Of a stretch of 64,000 bases of DNA, positions 31,682 through 45,454 are shown one piece after another. Numbering within the stretch: position 1 is the first letter of the stretch; the number at the start of each line of letters is the position of its first letter. The stretch comes from Escherichia coli (lineage in GTDB: Bacteria > Pseudomonadota > Gammaproteobacteria > Enterobacterales > Enterobacteriaceae), in assembly GCF_003790525.1 (NCBI RefSeq), contig NZ_CP033635.1; one strand, given 5' to 3'. Position numbers and translations under genes: made by a program. The notes beneath the pieces are model-generated. The model was not told the origin of the DNA and did not search any database. It worked only from the letters and a program-made list of their open reading frames with translations.

Positions 31682-34002
31682 TAATGGCAATCACCGGTGG
31701 TGCTGGCTGCGCAGCAACTGCTTACCGACTTGCGGGTTGCCAGCAGTTCGATATCCACCCGGCTACGCGCGCGGCGCAGCAGACCGATAACCACGATGTT
31801 AAACAGGATAACCGCCAGAATGCACACCAGGCTGTAAGTTGGGTGCTGACTGTAGCTGGCGACCTGATAGAACAATGTTGCCAGTGAGTAAGCGATATTC
31901 AGCCCCCACAGGATGGAGAAGCCCATCCAGCCACGGCTTGATTCACGGGCGATAGCCCCCATCACCGAGATGCACGGTACATACAGCAGGACGAAAATCA
32001 GGTAGCTGTATGCGGCAGCTGCGCTACCGAATTTCTGATCCATCACGCCCATCGCCCCGGTACCCATTTCGCCGTCGCCTTTGCTGGCTTCAATGGGGTT
32101 CATCAGTACGCTAAGGCTGAAGGTGTCTTTCAGGCTCTGCCAGGTTTCATCTATCGCACTGAACAGCTCTTCACCGAGGTTAAACTCTGCCGGATTGAAC
32201 TCTTCGTCCTGAATATTTTCTGCGGTGTAGAGGGTGTTGAGCGTACCCACTACCACTTCTTTCGCCATGGCACCTGTAAACAGGCCAACCGTTGCCTGCC
32301 AGTTATCTTCATGCACGCCAATTGGCTTGAAGACCGGGGTGATCACCCGGCTGACGGACGCCAGCGCCGAGTCGTTGATGTTATCGACGATTTTCCCGCT
32401 CAGCGAGAAGCTGTTGAAAGCGCTCAGGAAAATGCTGACGATGATAATCACTTTACCAGCACGCAGAACGAAGCCTTTCAGACGCTGCCAGGTCTGGATA
32501 ATCAGGCTTTTAACGTGTGGTACATGATAGACCGGCAACTCCATGACAAACGGCGTCGCTTCACCGCGCATGATGGTGTACTTGAGCATCAGGCCAGTCA
32601 GCACCGCCATCACGATACCCAGCATATACAGCGAGAAGACCGCCAGCGCACCGTTCTGCCCGAAGAAAGCAGCCGCAAATACGGCGAAGATAGCCAGACG
32701 CGCGCCGCAGGACATAAACGGTGCCATCATGATGGTCATCAGACGTTCACGCGGTGCATCAAGCGTACGTGCGCCCATTACCGACGGTACGTTACAACCG
32801 AAACCAACGATCAGCGGTACAAAGGATTTCCCCGGCAAGCCCAGCGCCTGCATCAGACGGTCCATCACAAACGCCGCACGCGCCATATATCCGGAGTCCT
32901 CGAGGAAGGAGAGGAACAGGTACATCATGCCGATCTGCGGCACCAGTGGCAGCACGGTGTTAATACCGCCGCCCAGGCCCTGGGCGAGGAAGATAGTCAG
33001 CCAGTCCGGGAAGTGGAGCGTGTAGCCAATCCACTGAATACCATGCACAAATAGCGCCACGGAGCCGACGTCAAACAGCGGCTGTAACGCCCCGCCGATG
33101 TTGATAGCCAGCAGGAACATCAGGTACATCACAAAGAGGAAAATCGGCAGACCGAGGAAACGGTTGAGCACGATTTTATCTACCGCAGTGGTGAAACGGC
33201 TGGGTTCTGCCGTCAAGGTGTTGCTTACCACATCACAGATAGCAGCAATGCACTGGTAACGCGCATCGGCAATGTGCAGCGCCGGATCGTCCATCTCATT
33301 ACGCAGACGGGCGAGGGCGGCATCAAGATGCTGCGACGCTTCACCGGCGTAGGCGCGGCTGTAGATATCGCCTTCCAGCATTTGCAGACCCAGCCAGCGA
33401 CGTTGTTTCAGCGGGATGTCGGAAGGCATCACTTTTGCCAGTGAATCTGCTTCGTTGAGTAGCGGCTGTGCGTAATGCACCAGTTCCACATTCTCGTTAG
33501 CTTTATAGCGATCAATCGCCAGCTTGAGCGCTTCAATACCGCGACCACGGGTTGAAACCAGCGGGATCACCGGGCAGCCAAGACGCGCCGACAGAGCATC
33601 AATTTCAATACGAATATTTTGCTTCTCGGCAATGTCGAGCATGTTCAGCGCCACGATGCAGGGAATGCCGAGTTCCAGCAGTTGCAGCGTCAGGTACAGG
33701 TTACGCTCAAGGTTAGACGCATCCACCACGTTAATCAGCAGGTCGGCGTCGCCACTCAGAATATAGTGACAGGCGATTTGCTCATCGAGCGAGGTCTGCG
33801 ATGAGATGGTGGTCAGAGAATAGGTGCCAGGCAGGTCCACCAGGGTGACCTGATGATCGGTGGTGGAGAATTGCCCTTCTTTACGTTCGACGGTAACGCC
33901 AGCCCAGTTACCTACACGCTGACGTGCGCCAGTGAGCTGGTTAAATAAGGTTGTCTTGCCAGAATTTGGATTACCAATTAAGCCAATGGTTAATTTTTTC
34001 AT
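31681..34002 (-). CDS. feoB: ferrous iron transporter FeoB (773 aa)
   Basis: N-terminal G-domain (GNPNSGKTT) plus a polytopic membrane domain; start trimmed to [10 protein letters not shown]. Confidence 0.95.
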   Translation of the reverse strand: MKKLTIGLIGNPNSGKTTLFNQLTGARQRVGNWAGVTVERKEGQFSTTDHQVTLVDLPGTYSLTTISSQTSLDEQIACHYILSGDADLLINVVDASNLERNLYLTLQLLELGIPCIVALNMLDIAEKQNIRIEIDALSARLGCPVIPLVSTRGRGIEALKLAIDRYKANENVELVHYAQPLLNEADSLAKVMPSDIPLKQRRWLGLQMLEGDIYSRAYAGEASQHLDAALARLRNEMDDPALHIADARYQCIAAICDVVSNTLTAEPSRFTTAVDKIVLNRFLGLPIFLFVMYLMFLLAINIGGALQPLFDVGSVALFVHGIQWIGYTLHFPDWLTIFLAQGLGGGINTVLPLVPQIGMMYLFLSFLEDSGYMARAAFVMDRLMQALGLPGKSFVPLIVGFGCNVPSVMGARTLDAPRERLMTIMMAPFMSCGARLAIFAVFAAAFFGQNGALAVFSLYMLGIVMAVLTGLMLKYTIMRGEATPFVMELPVYHVPHVKSLIIQTWQRLKGFVLRAGKVIIIVSIFLSAFNSFSLSGKIVDNINDSALASVSRVITPVFKPIGVHEDNWQATVGLFTGAMAKEVVVGTLNTLYTAENIQDEEFNPAEFNLGEELFSAIDETWQSLKDTFSLSVLMNPIEASKGDGEMGTGAMGVMDQKFGSAAAAYSYLIFVLLYVPCISVMGAIARESSRGWMGFSILWGLNIAYSLATLFYQVASYSQHPTYSLVCILAVILFNIVVIGLLRRARSRVDIELLATRKSVSSCCAASTTGDCH

Positions 34003-34018
34003 TGTTGTTATCACCGTA

Positions 34019-34246
34019 TTAACAGGAAACCGCTTCCACTTCTAATAAGGCCAGATCTTTTTTGCGTAATACCAGGCTCACACGACGGGTTTCGATATGA
34101 ATGGGGTCGCCGAGTGGAGCGACGCGCACCACATTAAAAGAGGAGCCAGGTAACATGCCAAGAGAAAGCAGTTTTTGGCGATATGCCGGGCTGATTTCAC
34201 GGGAAAAGCCAGTGATTTTCCACGCAGTATCTGGAGTGTATTGCAT
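34019..34246 (-). CDS. feoA: ferrous iron transport protein FeoA (75 aa)
   Basis: Small SH3-like FeoA ORF directly upstream of feoB. Confidence 0.9.
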   Translation of the reverse strand: MQYTPDTAWKITGFSREISPAYRQKLLSLGMLPGSSFNVVRVAPLGDPIHIETRRVSLVLRKKDLALLEVEAVSC

Positions 34247-34355
34247 AGGTGCCTACTTGTTTCTCATTAACTGGATAACTACCTCATGGGGCGTTTGACA
34301 GCGACATGAGACCAGATGATTTGCCAACGAAGGAGAGATTAAATAATCAACAGTA

Positions 34356-34374
34356 CAATGATAATGAGAATGGT
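34356..34374. promoter_or_regulatory. candidate Fur box in the feoABC promoter
   Basis: caATGATAATGAGAATGGt matches about 12 of 17 positions of the Fur consensus GATAATGATAATCATTATC, about 110 nt upstream of feoA. A TTGAT-N4-CTCAA FNR-like motif lies at 34436-34449. Confidence 0.4.
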
Positions 34375-34575
34375 TTCTATCAGCAATACTTAAAATGTGT
34401 GTGAATGTTGGTTTGAATAATAATCTGACTCAATGTTGATATGGCTCAAGGTTATATCGCAGCGAAAATATAATTCGCATGACGAATTATTAGGGCTGGT
34501 TAATGTTTAATTAAGGTTTCAGTTGTTAATGAAATGATAAATATTAACGGGATATATTATGAGTTTGCTTGTGGA

Positions 34576-34603
34576 ATAAAAAGGCCGGAGATATTCTCCG
34601 GCA
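34576..34603 (-). terminator. rho-independent terminator downstream of tex
   Basis: Hairpin ggccggag atatt ctccggc with an A-run on the plus strand (a U-run on the minus-strand transcript). Confidence 0.5.
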
Positions 34604-34683
34604 CTTTTATGTCAGGCAAGGCGTTCGTTGCCAGATGTGGCGTGAACGCCTAATCGCGCAGGTTTAGGGGCCAGTCCGGGCGT

Positions 34684-37005
34684 TTAACGTTTTTTGCCCA
34701 TTGCCGCCGCCAGCGCATCCATCATCGCGCTATTACCGGCAGGCTGCGCTTCACGCCCACGCGGTTTGGCTGCCGGGCGGTTGTTCTGCGGACGTTCATT
34801 ACCGCCGCCGCGACGAGCGTTGGTTTCGCCAGGCTGCTCGTCCAGACGCATAGTCAGGGCGATACGTTTGCGCTGAAGATCCACTTCCAGCACTTTCACC
34901 TTCACAATATCGCCCGCTTTCACCACGGTATGCGGATCTTCCACAAACTTGTTCGACAATGAAGAGATGTGAACCAGGCCGTCCTGATGAACGCCAATAT
35001 CGACAAACGCGCCAAAGTTGGTGACGTTGGTCACCGCACCTTCGAGGATCATACCCGGTTGCAGGTCGTTCATCGTTTCGACGCCATCGGCAAACTGAGC
35101 GGTTTTAAATTCCGGACGCGGATCGCGACCCGGTTTTTCCAGCTCTTTGATGATGTCAGTTACCGTCGGTACACCGAATTTTTCATCAGTAAAGTCAGAC
35201 GCTTTCAGGTTACGCAACTCGCTGCTGTTACCCATCAGATCTTTCAGTGCCTGCTGTGTTGCTGCCAGAATGCGTTCCACCACCGGATAGGCTTCCGGGT
35301 GGACGGTAGACGCGTCCAGCGGGTTATCACCATGGTTAATGCGCAAGAAGCCCGCGCACTGCTCGAAGGCTTTCGGCCCCAGACGGCTCACTTTCAGCAG
35401 TTGCTGACGGTTCTGGAACTGACCGTTCTCATCGCGCCAGGCAACGATGTTTTGCGCCATCATGCGCGTCAGGCCCGCCACGCGAGTTAACAGCGGAACA
35501 GAAGCGGTGTTGAGATCGACGCCAACGGCGTTTACGCAGTCTTCTACTATTGCGTCCAGTTTGCGGGCCAGTTGCGTCTGGCTGACGTCATGCTGATACT
35601 GACCTACGCCGATAGATTTCGGATCGATTTTCACCAGCTCCGCCAGCGGATCCTGCAAACGGCGGGCTATAGACACCGCGCCACGCAGCGAAACGTCGAG
35701 ATCCGGGAACTCCTGTGCTGCCAGCTCGGAAGCCGAGTAAACCGACGCGCCAGCTTCGCTGACGATCACTTTCTGCGCGGTCACTTTCGGGAACTGCTTC
35801 TGCACGTCGAGATAGAAACGCTCGGTTTCGCGGGAAGCTGTACCGTTGCCGATCGCCACCAGTTCAACGTTATGCTTTTCACACAGGGCAGCAACGGTCA
35901 TCGCTGCTTTTGCGGCTTGTCCGGTATGTGGATAAATGGTATCGGTCGCCACCAGTTTGCCAGTTGCATCGACCACCGCTACTTTTACCCCGGTACGCAG
36001 ACCCGGATCGAGGCCCATCGTTGCACGCAGTCCGGCTGGGGCCGCCATCAGCAGATCGTGCAGGTTACGGGCAAAGACGTTGATTGCTTCATCTTCCGCG
36101 CGTTCGCGCACGGTGCCCATCAGTTCGGTTTCCAGATGCATCAGCACCTTGATGCGCCACGTCCAGCTCACCACGCCTTTGCGCCAGCTATCCGCCGGGG
36201 CATTGTTCAGGCGCAGGCCAAGGTGATCCATGATGATTTGCTCGCAATAGCTCTCTTTCGGCGGCTCTTCGAACTGCGGATCGGCATTCAGCGAAAGCTG
36301 AAGTATGCCTTCGTTACGCCCACGGAACATCGCCAGCGCGCGGTGAGAAGGCACCGTGGATAGCGGTTCGTGATGATCGAAATAGTCGCGGAATTTCGCC
36401 CCTTCCTCTTCTTTACCGCTCACCACCGTCGAAACCAAATGCGCGTTCTTCCACAGATAATCACGCACTTTTGCCAGCAGCGCGGCATCTTCGGCAAACC
36501 GTTCCATCAGGATATAGCGCGCGCCGTCCAGCGCGGCTTTGGTATCTGCCACGCCTTTATCTGCATCAACATATTGTGCAGCCGCGACTTCTGGCGTGTG
36601 TGACGGATCGCTCCACAGCAGGTCAGCCAACGGCTCAAGCCCTGCTTCAATGGCGATTTGCCCGCGGGTGCGGCGTTTAGGTTTGTAGGGTAGGTAGAGG
36701 TCTTCGAGTTCGGTTTTGCTTAAGGTGGCGTTGATGGCCTTCGCCAGATCATCGGTGAGTTTGCCTTGCTCGGAAATGGATTTGAGGATCGCCTGACGCC
36801 TCTCTTCCAGCTCGCGCAGATAGCTCAGACGCGTTTCCAGATTACGCAGCTGCGTGTCATCCAGACCGCCGGTGATTTCCTTACGATAACGTGCGATAAA
36901 CGGCACGGTATTCCCTTCGTCAAGCAGGCGAACGGCAGCGTCAACCTGTTCCGGGCGCGCCTGAATTTCACCCGCAATAATGCGGCAGAACGAATCATTC
37001 ATCAT
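34684..37005 (-). CDS. tex: transcription accessory protein Tex (773 aa, S1 RNA-binding domain)
   Basis: Full-length ORF with a YqgF/RuvC-like fold, HhH and C-terminal S1 domain ([21 protein letters not shown]). Confidence 0.9.
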   Translation of the reverse strand: MMNDSFCRIIAGEIQARPEQVDAAVRLLDEGNTVPFIARYRKEITGGLDDTQLRNLETRLSYLRELEERRQAILKSISEQGKLTDDLAKAINATLSKTELEDLYLPYKPKRRTRGQIAIEAGLEPLADLLWSDPSHTPEVAAAQYVDADKGVADTKAALDGARYILMERFAEDAALLAKVRDYLWKNAHLVSTVVSGKEEEGAKFRDYFDHHEPLSTVPSHRALAMFRGRNEGILQLSLNADPQFEEPPKESYCEQIIMDHLGLRLNNAPADSWRKGVVSWTWRIKVLMHLETELMGTVRERAEDEAINVFARNLHDLLMAAPAGLRATMGLDPGLRTGVKVAVVDATGKLVATDTIYPHTGQAAKAAMTVAALCEKHNVELVAIGNGTASRETERFYLDVQKQFPKVTAQKVIVSEAGASVYSASELAAQEFPDLDVSLRGAVSIARRLQDPLAELVKIDPKSIGVGQYQHDVSQTQLARKLDAIVEDCVNAVGVDLNTASVPLLTRVAGLTRMMAQNIVAWRDENGQFQNRQQLLKVSRLGPKAFEQCAGFLRINHGDNPLDASTVHPEAYPVVERILAATQQALKDLMGNSSELRNLKASDFTDEKFGVPTVTDIIKELEKPGRDPRPEFKTAQFADGVETMNDLQPGMILEGAVTNVTNFGAFVDIGVHQDGLVHISSLSNKFVEDPHTVVKAGDIVKVKVLEVDLQRKRIALTMRLDEQPGETNARRGGGNERPQNNRPAAKPRGREAQPAGNSAMMDALAAAMGKKR

Positions 37006-37101
37006 GGTTTGAGTTCATCTTTTCGGATCAAAAATCAGGGGATAGTTATACGGACTGGCTGGCAAAAATGCCAGCCATCGGCAGGAGGTTAAGACTCTTC
37101 C

Positions 37102-37578
37102 TTACGGTTTCACGTACTCGATAGCATTAACATACCAGCTCGCTTCCCCGGCAGGGGTATTCACCACCGCCAGATCGCCGACTTCTTTTTTCAGCAATGC
37201 GCGGGCCATCGGGGAATCGATAGAGATGTAATCTTTACGGCCAAAAATTTCATCGTAGCCGACAATACGGAAACGGTGAGTCACGCCATCGTCGTTTTCA
37301 ATCTCCACCCACGCGCCAAAAAAGACTTTGCCTTCCTGCTGCGGGGAGTAATCGACGATTTTGAGATTTTCCATGCATTTAGTGAGATAGCGCACGCGAC
37401 GGTCGATTTCACGCAGGCGCTTTTTATTATACTGATAGTCAGCATTTTCGCTGCGGTCGCCCAAACTTGCGGCCCAGGTCACTTTCTTTGTGACCTCCGG
37501 GCGTTCTTCACGCCAGAGATAATTAAGCTCTTGTTTGAGTTTTTCATACCCTTCCCGGGTAACCAGGGGCGTTTTCAT
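37102..37578 (-). CDS. greB: transcript cleavage factor GreB (158 aa)
   Basis: MKTPLVTREGYEKLKQELNYLW...; start trimmed from track ORF 37614. Confidence 0.9.
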   Translation of the reverse strand: MKTPLVTREGYEKLKQELNYLWREERPEVTKKVTWAASLGDRSENADYQYNKKRLREIDRRVRYLTKCMENLKIVDYSPQQEGKVFFGAWVEIENDDGVTHRFRIVGYDEIFGRKDYISIDSPMARALLKKEVGDLAVVNTPAGEASWYVNAIEYVKP

Positions 37579-37805
37579 CTCGTTGATTCCCTTTGTCTGT
37601 TTGATAATGCGCACATTGGGTATAACGTGATCATATCAACAGAATCAATAATGTTTCGCCGAATAAATTGTATACTTAAGCTGCTGTTTAATATGCTTTG
37701 TAACAATTTAGGCTGAAATTCATACCAGATTTAGCTGGTGACGAACGTGAGCTTTTTTAAGAATACACGCTTACAAATTGTTGCGAACCTTTGGGAGTAC
37801 AAACA

Positions 37806-39874
<2,069 letters not shown>

Positions 39875-39877
39875 ATA

Positions 39878-39908
39878 AAACGGGAGGTGAAGGTGCCTCC
39901 CGTTTTTA
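39878..39908 (+). terminator. rho-independent terminator of ompR-envZ
   Basis: Hairpin cgggagg tgaaggtg cctcccg followed by T5; the stop codon of the minus-strand ORF 39906-40202 lies inside the T-run. Confidence 0.65.
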
Positions 39909-40202
39909 GATTGTTTTCAATTGATTGATAATGAAAGGATTCGCTTGCAAAAGCAGGAGCAATTTTCGGGGTGCTCCGGTAGGCTGACGGCGTTTGGTTT
40001 CCCAGCTTTTGACCAGGTCATAACTTACCCCTACGGCGACAGCAAAATCTTGCTGACGTAAACCCGTTGCTTCACGGATCGCTTTTACATCGATTTCGCT
40101 AAAAGTATGGACGTGCTCTGGTTCTGGCGTTTCTTCACCCTTTTCGATGCGTACCATTTCTTCTGCGCTGGCAAGAAGATCAGCAAATAATTCATCTTTC
40201 AT
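39906..40202 (-). CDS. putative antitoxin, helix-turn-helix (XRE / HigA-2-like) DNA-binding protein (98 aa)
   Basis: Small acidic ORF immediately downstream of a toxin-like gene; central-to-C-terminal segment GLRQQDFAVAVGVSYDLVKSWETKRRQPTGAPRKLLLLL resembles an HTH antitoxin module; absent from the compact envZ-pck junction I expect in E. coli K-12. Confidence 0.6.
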   Translation of the reverse strand: MKDELFADLLASAEEMVRIEKGEETPEPEHVHTFSEIDVKAIREATGLRQQDFAVAVGVSYDLVKSWETKRRQPTGAPRKLLLLLQANPFIINQLKTI

Positions 40203-40260
40203 CTGTTTTCAATGCCTCCGTTGACATTTCGGCCATGGTGGAATTTGTGGAGCTTCAACA

Positions 40261-40578
40261 TTAAAGCAGCTTCTCGGACAATAGTTTCAATGCCTTTCTT
40301 TGTTCTTCTGTTAAATCATCCTGTTCATTTTTAGGATAAATCAACGCCAGATAAATTCGGCCATTGCGTGTTACGTTGTAATAAATTATCCGAGTGCCAC
40401 CCCGTTTCCCCATTCCAGAACGGTTCCAGCGAATTTTTCTAAAACTGCCTGTGCCTGCGATAATGTCACCGGCAGTGGGATCTTGAATGAGTAGTTCCTG
40501 AAAAGCCCGGAACTCATCATCAGGTAGCAATAACTGGCGGCGTTTGCTAAATCCTTGTAGTTCAATAAAGGTGAACAT
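40261..40578 (-). CDS. putative type II toxin, RelE/ParE superfamily (HigB-2 / Gp49-like), 105 aa
   Basis: Signature GTGSFRKIRW...GKRGGTRIIYY...YLALIYPKNEQDDLTEEQ closely matches my recollection of HigB-2/Gp49-family toxins; toxin-first gene order with a 58-nt gap to the downstream HTH gene; AT-rich relative to flanking core genes. Confidence 0.6.
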   Translation of the reverse strand: MFTFIELQGFSKRRQLLLPDDEFRAFQELLIQDPTAGDIIAGTGSFRKIRWNRSGMGKRGGTRIIYYNVTRNGRIYLALIYPKNEQDDLTEEQRKALKLLSEKLL

Positions 40579-40641
40579 AATGCATCCTGCGGTCTATTGA
40601 TAATTATAAGTGTACCGTGTACATATTGGTAGCTAATTAGA

Positions 40642-40674
40642 TAAAAAAACCCCTTATCCGTTTGGATAAGGGGT
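40642..40674 (-). terminator. rho-independent terminator of pck
   Basis: Hairpin ccccttatcc gtttg gataagggg with an A8 run on the plus strand (U-run on the pck transcript), about 20 nt after the pck stop. Confidence 0.6.
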
Positions 40675-40692
40675 CAATGAGATATCAGCTGA

Positions 40693-42315
40693 TTACAGCT
40701 TAGGACCTGCCGCTACCAGCGCGGCACCCGCAGGGGTGTCGGTGTATTTATCAAAGTTGTCGATAAACAGTTTCGCCAGGGTTTCGGCTTTTTCCTGCCA
40801 CTGTTCCGGGGAAGCGTAGGTGTTACGCGGATCGAGGATCTTCGTGTCTACGCCCGGCAGTTCGGTTGGGATCGCCAGGTTAAACATCGGCAGAGTGAAG
40901 GTTTCTGCGTTATCCAGCGAACCGTTGAGGATGGCGTCGATAATGGCGCGGGTATCTTTAATCGAGATACGTTTGCCAGTGCCGTTCCAGCCGGTGTTAA
41001 CCAGATACGCCTGCGCGCCTGCCGCCTGCATACGTTTCACCAGCACTTCTGCGTACTGAGTTGGGTGCAGCGACAGGAATGCCGCGCCGAAGCAGGCGGA
41101 GAAGGTTGGCGTCGGTTCGGTGATGCCGCGCTCTGTACCAGCCAGTTTGGCGGTGAAGCCAGAGAGGAAGTGGTACTGGGTTTGATCGGCAGTCAGACGA
41201 GAAACCGGCGGCAGCACGCCGAAAGCATCAGCAGTCAGGAAGATAACCTTAGTTGCGTGGCCCGCTTTGGACACCGGCTTAACGATGTTTTCAATGTGAT
41301 AGATAGGATAAGAAACGCGGGTGTTCTCGGTTTTTGAACCATCATCAAAGTCGATAGAACCATCTTCACGCACGGTGACGTTTTCCAGCAGCGCATCACG
41401 ACGGATAGCGTTGTAGATTTCAGGTTCCGCTTCTTTCGACAGCTTGATAGTTTTTGCGTAGCAGCCGCCTTCAAAGTTAAACACGCCGTCATCGTCCCAG
41501 CCGTGTTCGTCATCGCCAATCAGGCGACGTTTCGGGTCGGTGGAAAGGGTGGTTTTACCGGTGCCGGAAAGGCCGAAGAACACCGCAACATCGCCTTTCT
41601 CACCAACGTTGGCGGAGCAGTGCATAGAAGCGATACCTTTCAGCGGCAGCAGGTAGTTCATCATTGAGAACATCCCTTTCTTCATTTCGCCGCCGTACCA
41701 GGTGCCGCCAATCAGCTGCATGCGCTCGGTCAGGTTAAACGCCACGAAGTTTTCGGAGTTCAGACCCTGTTCTTTCCACTGCGGGTTAGTGCACTTCGCG
41801 CCGTTCATAACGATAAAGTCTGGTTTGAAACCTGCCAGCTCTTCATCGCTCGGGCGAATAAACATGTTTTTGACAAAATGCGCCTGCCAGGCCACTTCGG
41901 TGATGAAACGGACGGAAAGACGAGTATCCGGGTTCGCACCACAGAAAGCGTCGACAACGAACAGACGTTTGCCGGAAAGCTGTTTGGTCACCAGGCCTTT
42001 AAGATGCTGCCAGGTTTCCGGAGAGAGAGGTTTGTTGTCGTTCTTACCTTTGCCTTTGTCTGCCCACCAGAAAGTATCGCGAGTGGTATCGTCACGGACG
42101 ATATACTTATCTTTTGGTGAACGACCGGTGAAGATCCCGGTATCGACGGCAACGGCACCCAGATTAGTTAACACCCCGCGCTCATAACCTGTCAGGCTCG
42201 GATCGAGCTCTTCCTGATACAGCAGGTCGTAGCTTGGGTTGTAAACGATATCATGTACGTCACTGATACCATAAGCCTCGAGTTCTTGCGGGGTCAAACC
42301 ATTGTTAACGCGCAT
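40693..42315 (-). CDS. pck: phosphoenolpyruvate carboxykinase (ATP), 540 aa
   Basis: [36 protein letters not shown]...; kinase P-loop GLSGTGKTT; start trimmed from track ORF 42384. Confidence 0.95.
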
Positions 42316-42433
42316 TTCACTGCTCCTTAGCCAATATGTATTGCCTGAATAGTAAAGTCTTTTTGGGGGTGTTAACCGCGACAAGGCTCATAGATTTACG
42401 TATCTGGAGAAATTCATATTTGACAAAAAACTC

Positions 42434-42449
42434 CGTGATTCCTGTCACG
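42434..42449. promoter_or_regulatory. candidate CRP site in the pck / yhgE divergent region
   Basis: cGTGAttcctgTCACg matches TGTGA-N6-TCACA at 8 of 10 core positions; pck is known to be cAMP-CRP activated. Confidence 0.35.
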
Positions 42450-42693
42450 AAACGGTTGCTATTATCGCAGAAATAGCATTTTAGGTGTGGAAAATGTTCT
42501 CAAAAGGTTAAATCTTGGTTTATATGGCGGGAATATTGTGAGTGGAATCGCATTCCTGAATGAAATTGATGCAAATTCAATCGGTAAAGTATCGATTCAC
42601 CACGCTAACTTTTTTTGATTATTTTCTGAAAAAAGCAAAATACTACGGCCTGGATGCGATAATTAACCCACTTTTTGATTCTGGATAACTAAC

Positions 42694-44418
42694 ATGGATA
42701 GCGTTGAACTTTCACCCGCAACACGTTGGGGGATGATTGCTACCGGATTACTTCAGGGTCTGGTTTGCTACCTGCTGATCGCCTGGCTTGCAGGAAAAAA
42801 TCTCAGTTGGATTGTTTATGGCGTGCCTGCGACCGTCGCGTTTTCATCCGTTTTACTCTTCTCCGTGATCTCCTTTAAACAGAAGCGCCTTTGGGGATGG
42901 CTGGCGCTGGTGTTTATTGCCACGCTAGGGATGAGCGGTTGGCTAAAGTGGCAAATTGATGGCATGACCCCCTGGAGAGCTGAAAAGGCGATTTGGGATT
43001 TTGGCTGCTATCTGCTGCTGATGGCAATGTTGTTGCTACCGTGGATACAACAAAGCCTTCGCATCCGCAATGACAGTAGCCGCTATCGCTATTTTTACCA
43101 GTCAGTATGGCATAACGTACTTATATTACTGGTGATTTTTCTCGCCAATGGCCTGACGTGGCTGGTGCTTTTACTGTGGAGTGAGTTGTTTAAACTTGTT
43201 GGCATCACGTTTTTCAAAACGCTCTTTTTTGCAACCGACTGGTTTATTTATCTAACGTTAGGTCTGGTTACCGCGCTGGCGGTGATCCTCGCGCGAACAC
43301 AGTCACGTTTAATCGACTCTATTCAAAAGTTGTTCACGTTAATCGCCACGGGGTTGCTGCCGTTAGTATCATTGCTAACCCTGATGTTTATTATCACCCT
43401 GCCGTTTACGGGCCTGAGCGCGATTTCTCGCCACATCTCCGCCGCTGGGTTGCTGTTAACGCTGGCCTTTTTGCAATTGATCTTAATGGCTATTGTCCGC
43501 GATCCGCAAAAAGCGTCACTTCCCTGGACGGGGCCGTTGCGTTGCCTGATTAAAACCGCTCTGCTGGCTGCTCCGCTGTATGTGTTCGTCGCCGCCTGGG
43601 CGTTATGGCTGCGGGTCGCTCAGTACGGCTGGACTGTCGACCGCTTGCAGGGCGCGCTGGCGGTGCTGGTGTTACTGGTATGGTCGCTGGGGTATTTTGT
43701 CAGTATCGTCTGGCGTAAAGAGCAAAACCCTCTTGTTCTTCAGGGCAAAGTGAACCTTGCGGTTTCGTTATTGGTGTTGGTAATACTGGTGCTTCTTAAT
43801 TCGCCGGTGCTGGATAGTATGCGCATTAGTGTGAACAGTCATATGGCGCGTTATCAGAGCGGCAAAAACACGCCAGACCAGGTAACTATCTACATGCTCG
43901 AACAGAGCGGTCGCTATGGACGTGCGGCGCTTGAGTCGCTGAAAAGCGATGCCGGGTTTATGAAAGACCCGAAACGCGCGCGGGATCTGCTGATGGCGTT
44001 AGATGGAGAGCAACATCTTCAGGAACAGGTATCGGAAAAAGTATTAGCCGATAATGTGTTAATTGCCCCAGGTTCTGGTAAACCGGATGCGACATTCTGG
44101 TCGGCCTTAATCCAGGATCGCTTTAACGTGATGACCTGTATTGAAAAAGACGCCTGCGTACTGGTCGAGCAAGATCTGAATAGTGATGGTCAGGCGGAGC
44201 GGATCCTGTTTGCTTTTAATGATGACAGAGTCATTGTCTATGGCTTTGACTCAGATAGAAAAGAATGGGACGCGCTTGATATGAGTTTACTTCCGCGCCA
44301 AATAACGAAAGAAAAATTACTCGCTGCTGCGAAGGATGGAAAGCTGGGGACGAGGCCTAAAGCGTGGCGCGATCTGACGGTAGATGGTGAAACGCTGGAA
44401 ATAAACTTAAGTAAGTGA
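42694..44418 (+). CDS. yhgE: polytopic inner-membrane protein YhgE (574 aa)
   Basis: Long multi-TM ORF in the conserved position between pck and hslO. Confidence 0.8.
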   Translation: MDSVELSPATRWGMIATGLLQGLVCYLLIAWLAGKNLSWIVYGVPATVAFSSVLLFSVISFKQKRLWGWLALVFIATLGMSGWLKWQIDGMTPWRAEKAIWDFGCYLLLMAMLLLPWIQQSLRIRNDSSRYRYFYQSVWHNVLILLVIFLANGLTWLVLLLWSELFKLVGITFFKTLFFATDWFIYLTLGLVTALAVILARTQSRLIDSIQKLFTLIATGLLPLVSLLTLMFIITLPFTGLSAISRHISAAGLLLTLAFLQLILMAIVRDPQKASLPWTGPLRCLIKTALLAAPLYVFVAAWALWLRVAQYGWTVDRLQGALAVLVLLVWSLGYFVSIVWRKEQNPLVLQGKVNLAVSLLVLVILVLLNSPVLDSMRISVNSHMARYQSGKNTPDQVTIYMLEQSGRYGRAALESLKSDAGFMKDPKRARDLLMALDGEQHLQEQVSEKVLADNVLIAPGSGKPDATFWSALIQDRFNVMTCIEKDACVLVEQDLNSDGQAERILFAFNDDRVIVYGFDSDRKEWDALDMSLLPRQITKEKLLAAAKDGKLGTRPKAWRDLTVDGETLEINLSK

Positions 44419-44479
44419 CAACGCTTTTAACGGATACGACGCTGTATCTGACCAAAATAACTTGCGATTTATTTCATAG

Positions 44480-44504
44480 GCCTGGTAAGCGCAGCGCATC
44501 AGGC
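44480..44504. repeat. REP element between yhgE and hslO
   Basis: gcctggtaagcgcagcgcatcaggc; a second hairpin (ccggcagag ccc tctctgccgg) lies at 44521-44542. Confidence 0.5.
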
Positions 44505-44551
44505 CATTACGTCGTAAAATCCGGCAGAGCCCTCTCTGCCGGACATACTCA

Positions 44552-45430
44552 TTAATGAACTTGCGGATCTGCCGGAGACGCGTTGTTGCGGATTTCAGCA
44601 ATATCCATCGCATTGAACAGATAGTGGTTACCGCAGTAATCACAATGCATGTCAATTTCGCCATCTTCCGCCAGGATGCTATCGACTTCTTCATCCGGCA
44701 GCGTTTTTAGCGCGTCGGCGCAACGTTCACGCGAGCAGGTGCATTTGAACTCCACATCCTGCGGATCGTAAACCGTCACCTCTTCTTCGTGATACAAACG
44801 CCACAACACTTCGTTTGCCGGTAAGGTCAGCAGTTCTTCGGTTTTGATGGTTTCGGTTAGCGTCGCCAGGTGGTCAAAGTCGTCCTGCTGGGCATTTTGC
44901 GCAGGCATTACCTGCAACAACATACCGCCTGCAGCCGGTTTGCCGTCTACGTCGCCGGTGCGAATAAACAGGCGCGTCGGCAACTGTTCAGAACGCATAA
45001 AGTAATCTTCCAGGCAGGCCGCCAGGGTATCACCTTCCAGACCCACCACGCCCTGATAGCGTTCGCCTTCGCTTGGGGTGATGGTGATCACCACGTAACC
45101 ATTGCCGACCAGCGTTTTCAGGTCGGCATTTTCTGGAATTTCGCCCTGCACGCGCGCTACACCGCGCATCTGCTGGTTGTTGTTACCGTTAATAACCGCC
45201 AGATTCATCGGACCGTCGCCTTGCAGCTGTACGGTGATATCACCATCAAACTTCAACGTAGCGGTTAACAGGCTGGTCGCAACCAGCAGTTCTGCCAGCA
45301 CGTTTTTAACGGGCTGCGGATAATCGTGATTCTCAAGGATCTGTTGCAGGGTTTCCGAAACGGTTACCAGTTCGCCGCGAACGGCAAAGTTTTCAAACAG
45401 ATAGCGATGTAATTGGTCATGTTGCGGCAT
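44552..45430 (-). CDS. hslO: redox-regulated chaperone Hsp33 (292 aa)
   Basis: C-terminal zinc centre CTCSRERC...CDYCGNHY; start taken at MPQHDQ (track ORF begins two codons earlier, at 45436). Confidence 0.9.
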   Translation of the reverse strand: MPQHDQLHRYLFENFAVRGELVTVSETLQQILENHDYPQPVKNVLAELLVATSLLTATLKFDGDITVQLQGDGPMNLAVINGNNNQQMRGVARVQGEIPENADLKTLVGNGYVVITITPSEGERYQGVVGLEGDTLAACLEDYFMRSEQLPTRLFIRTGDVDGKPAAGGMLLQVMPAQNAQQDDFDHLATLTETIKTEELLTLPANEVLWRLYHEEEVTVYDPQDVEFKCTCSRERCADALKTLPDEEVDSILAEDGEIDMHCDYCGNHYLFNAMDIAEIRNNASPADPQVH

Positions 45431-45454
45431 AATCATCTCTCTTGCAGGTGACAG

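Noticed and set aside
32311-33054. 247-aa plus-strand ORF (plus neighbours 32543-33025 and 32234-32527) inside feoB
   Set aside because: Antisense to the feoB membrane domain; no RBS; shadow ORFs.
35572-36363. 263-aa plus-strand ORF inside tex (and 34969-35490)
   Set aside because: Antisense to conserved tex coding sequence; low-complexity translation.
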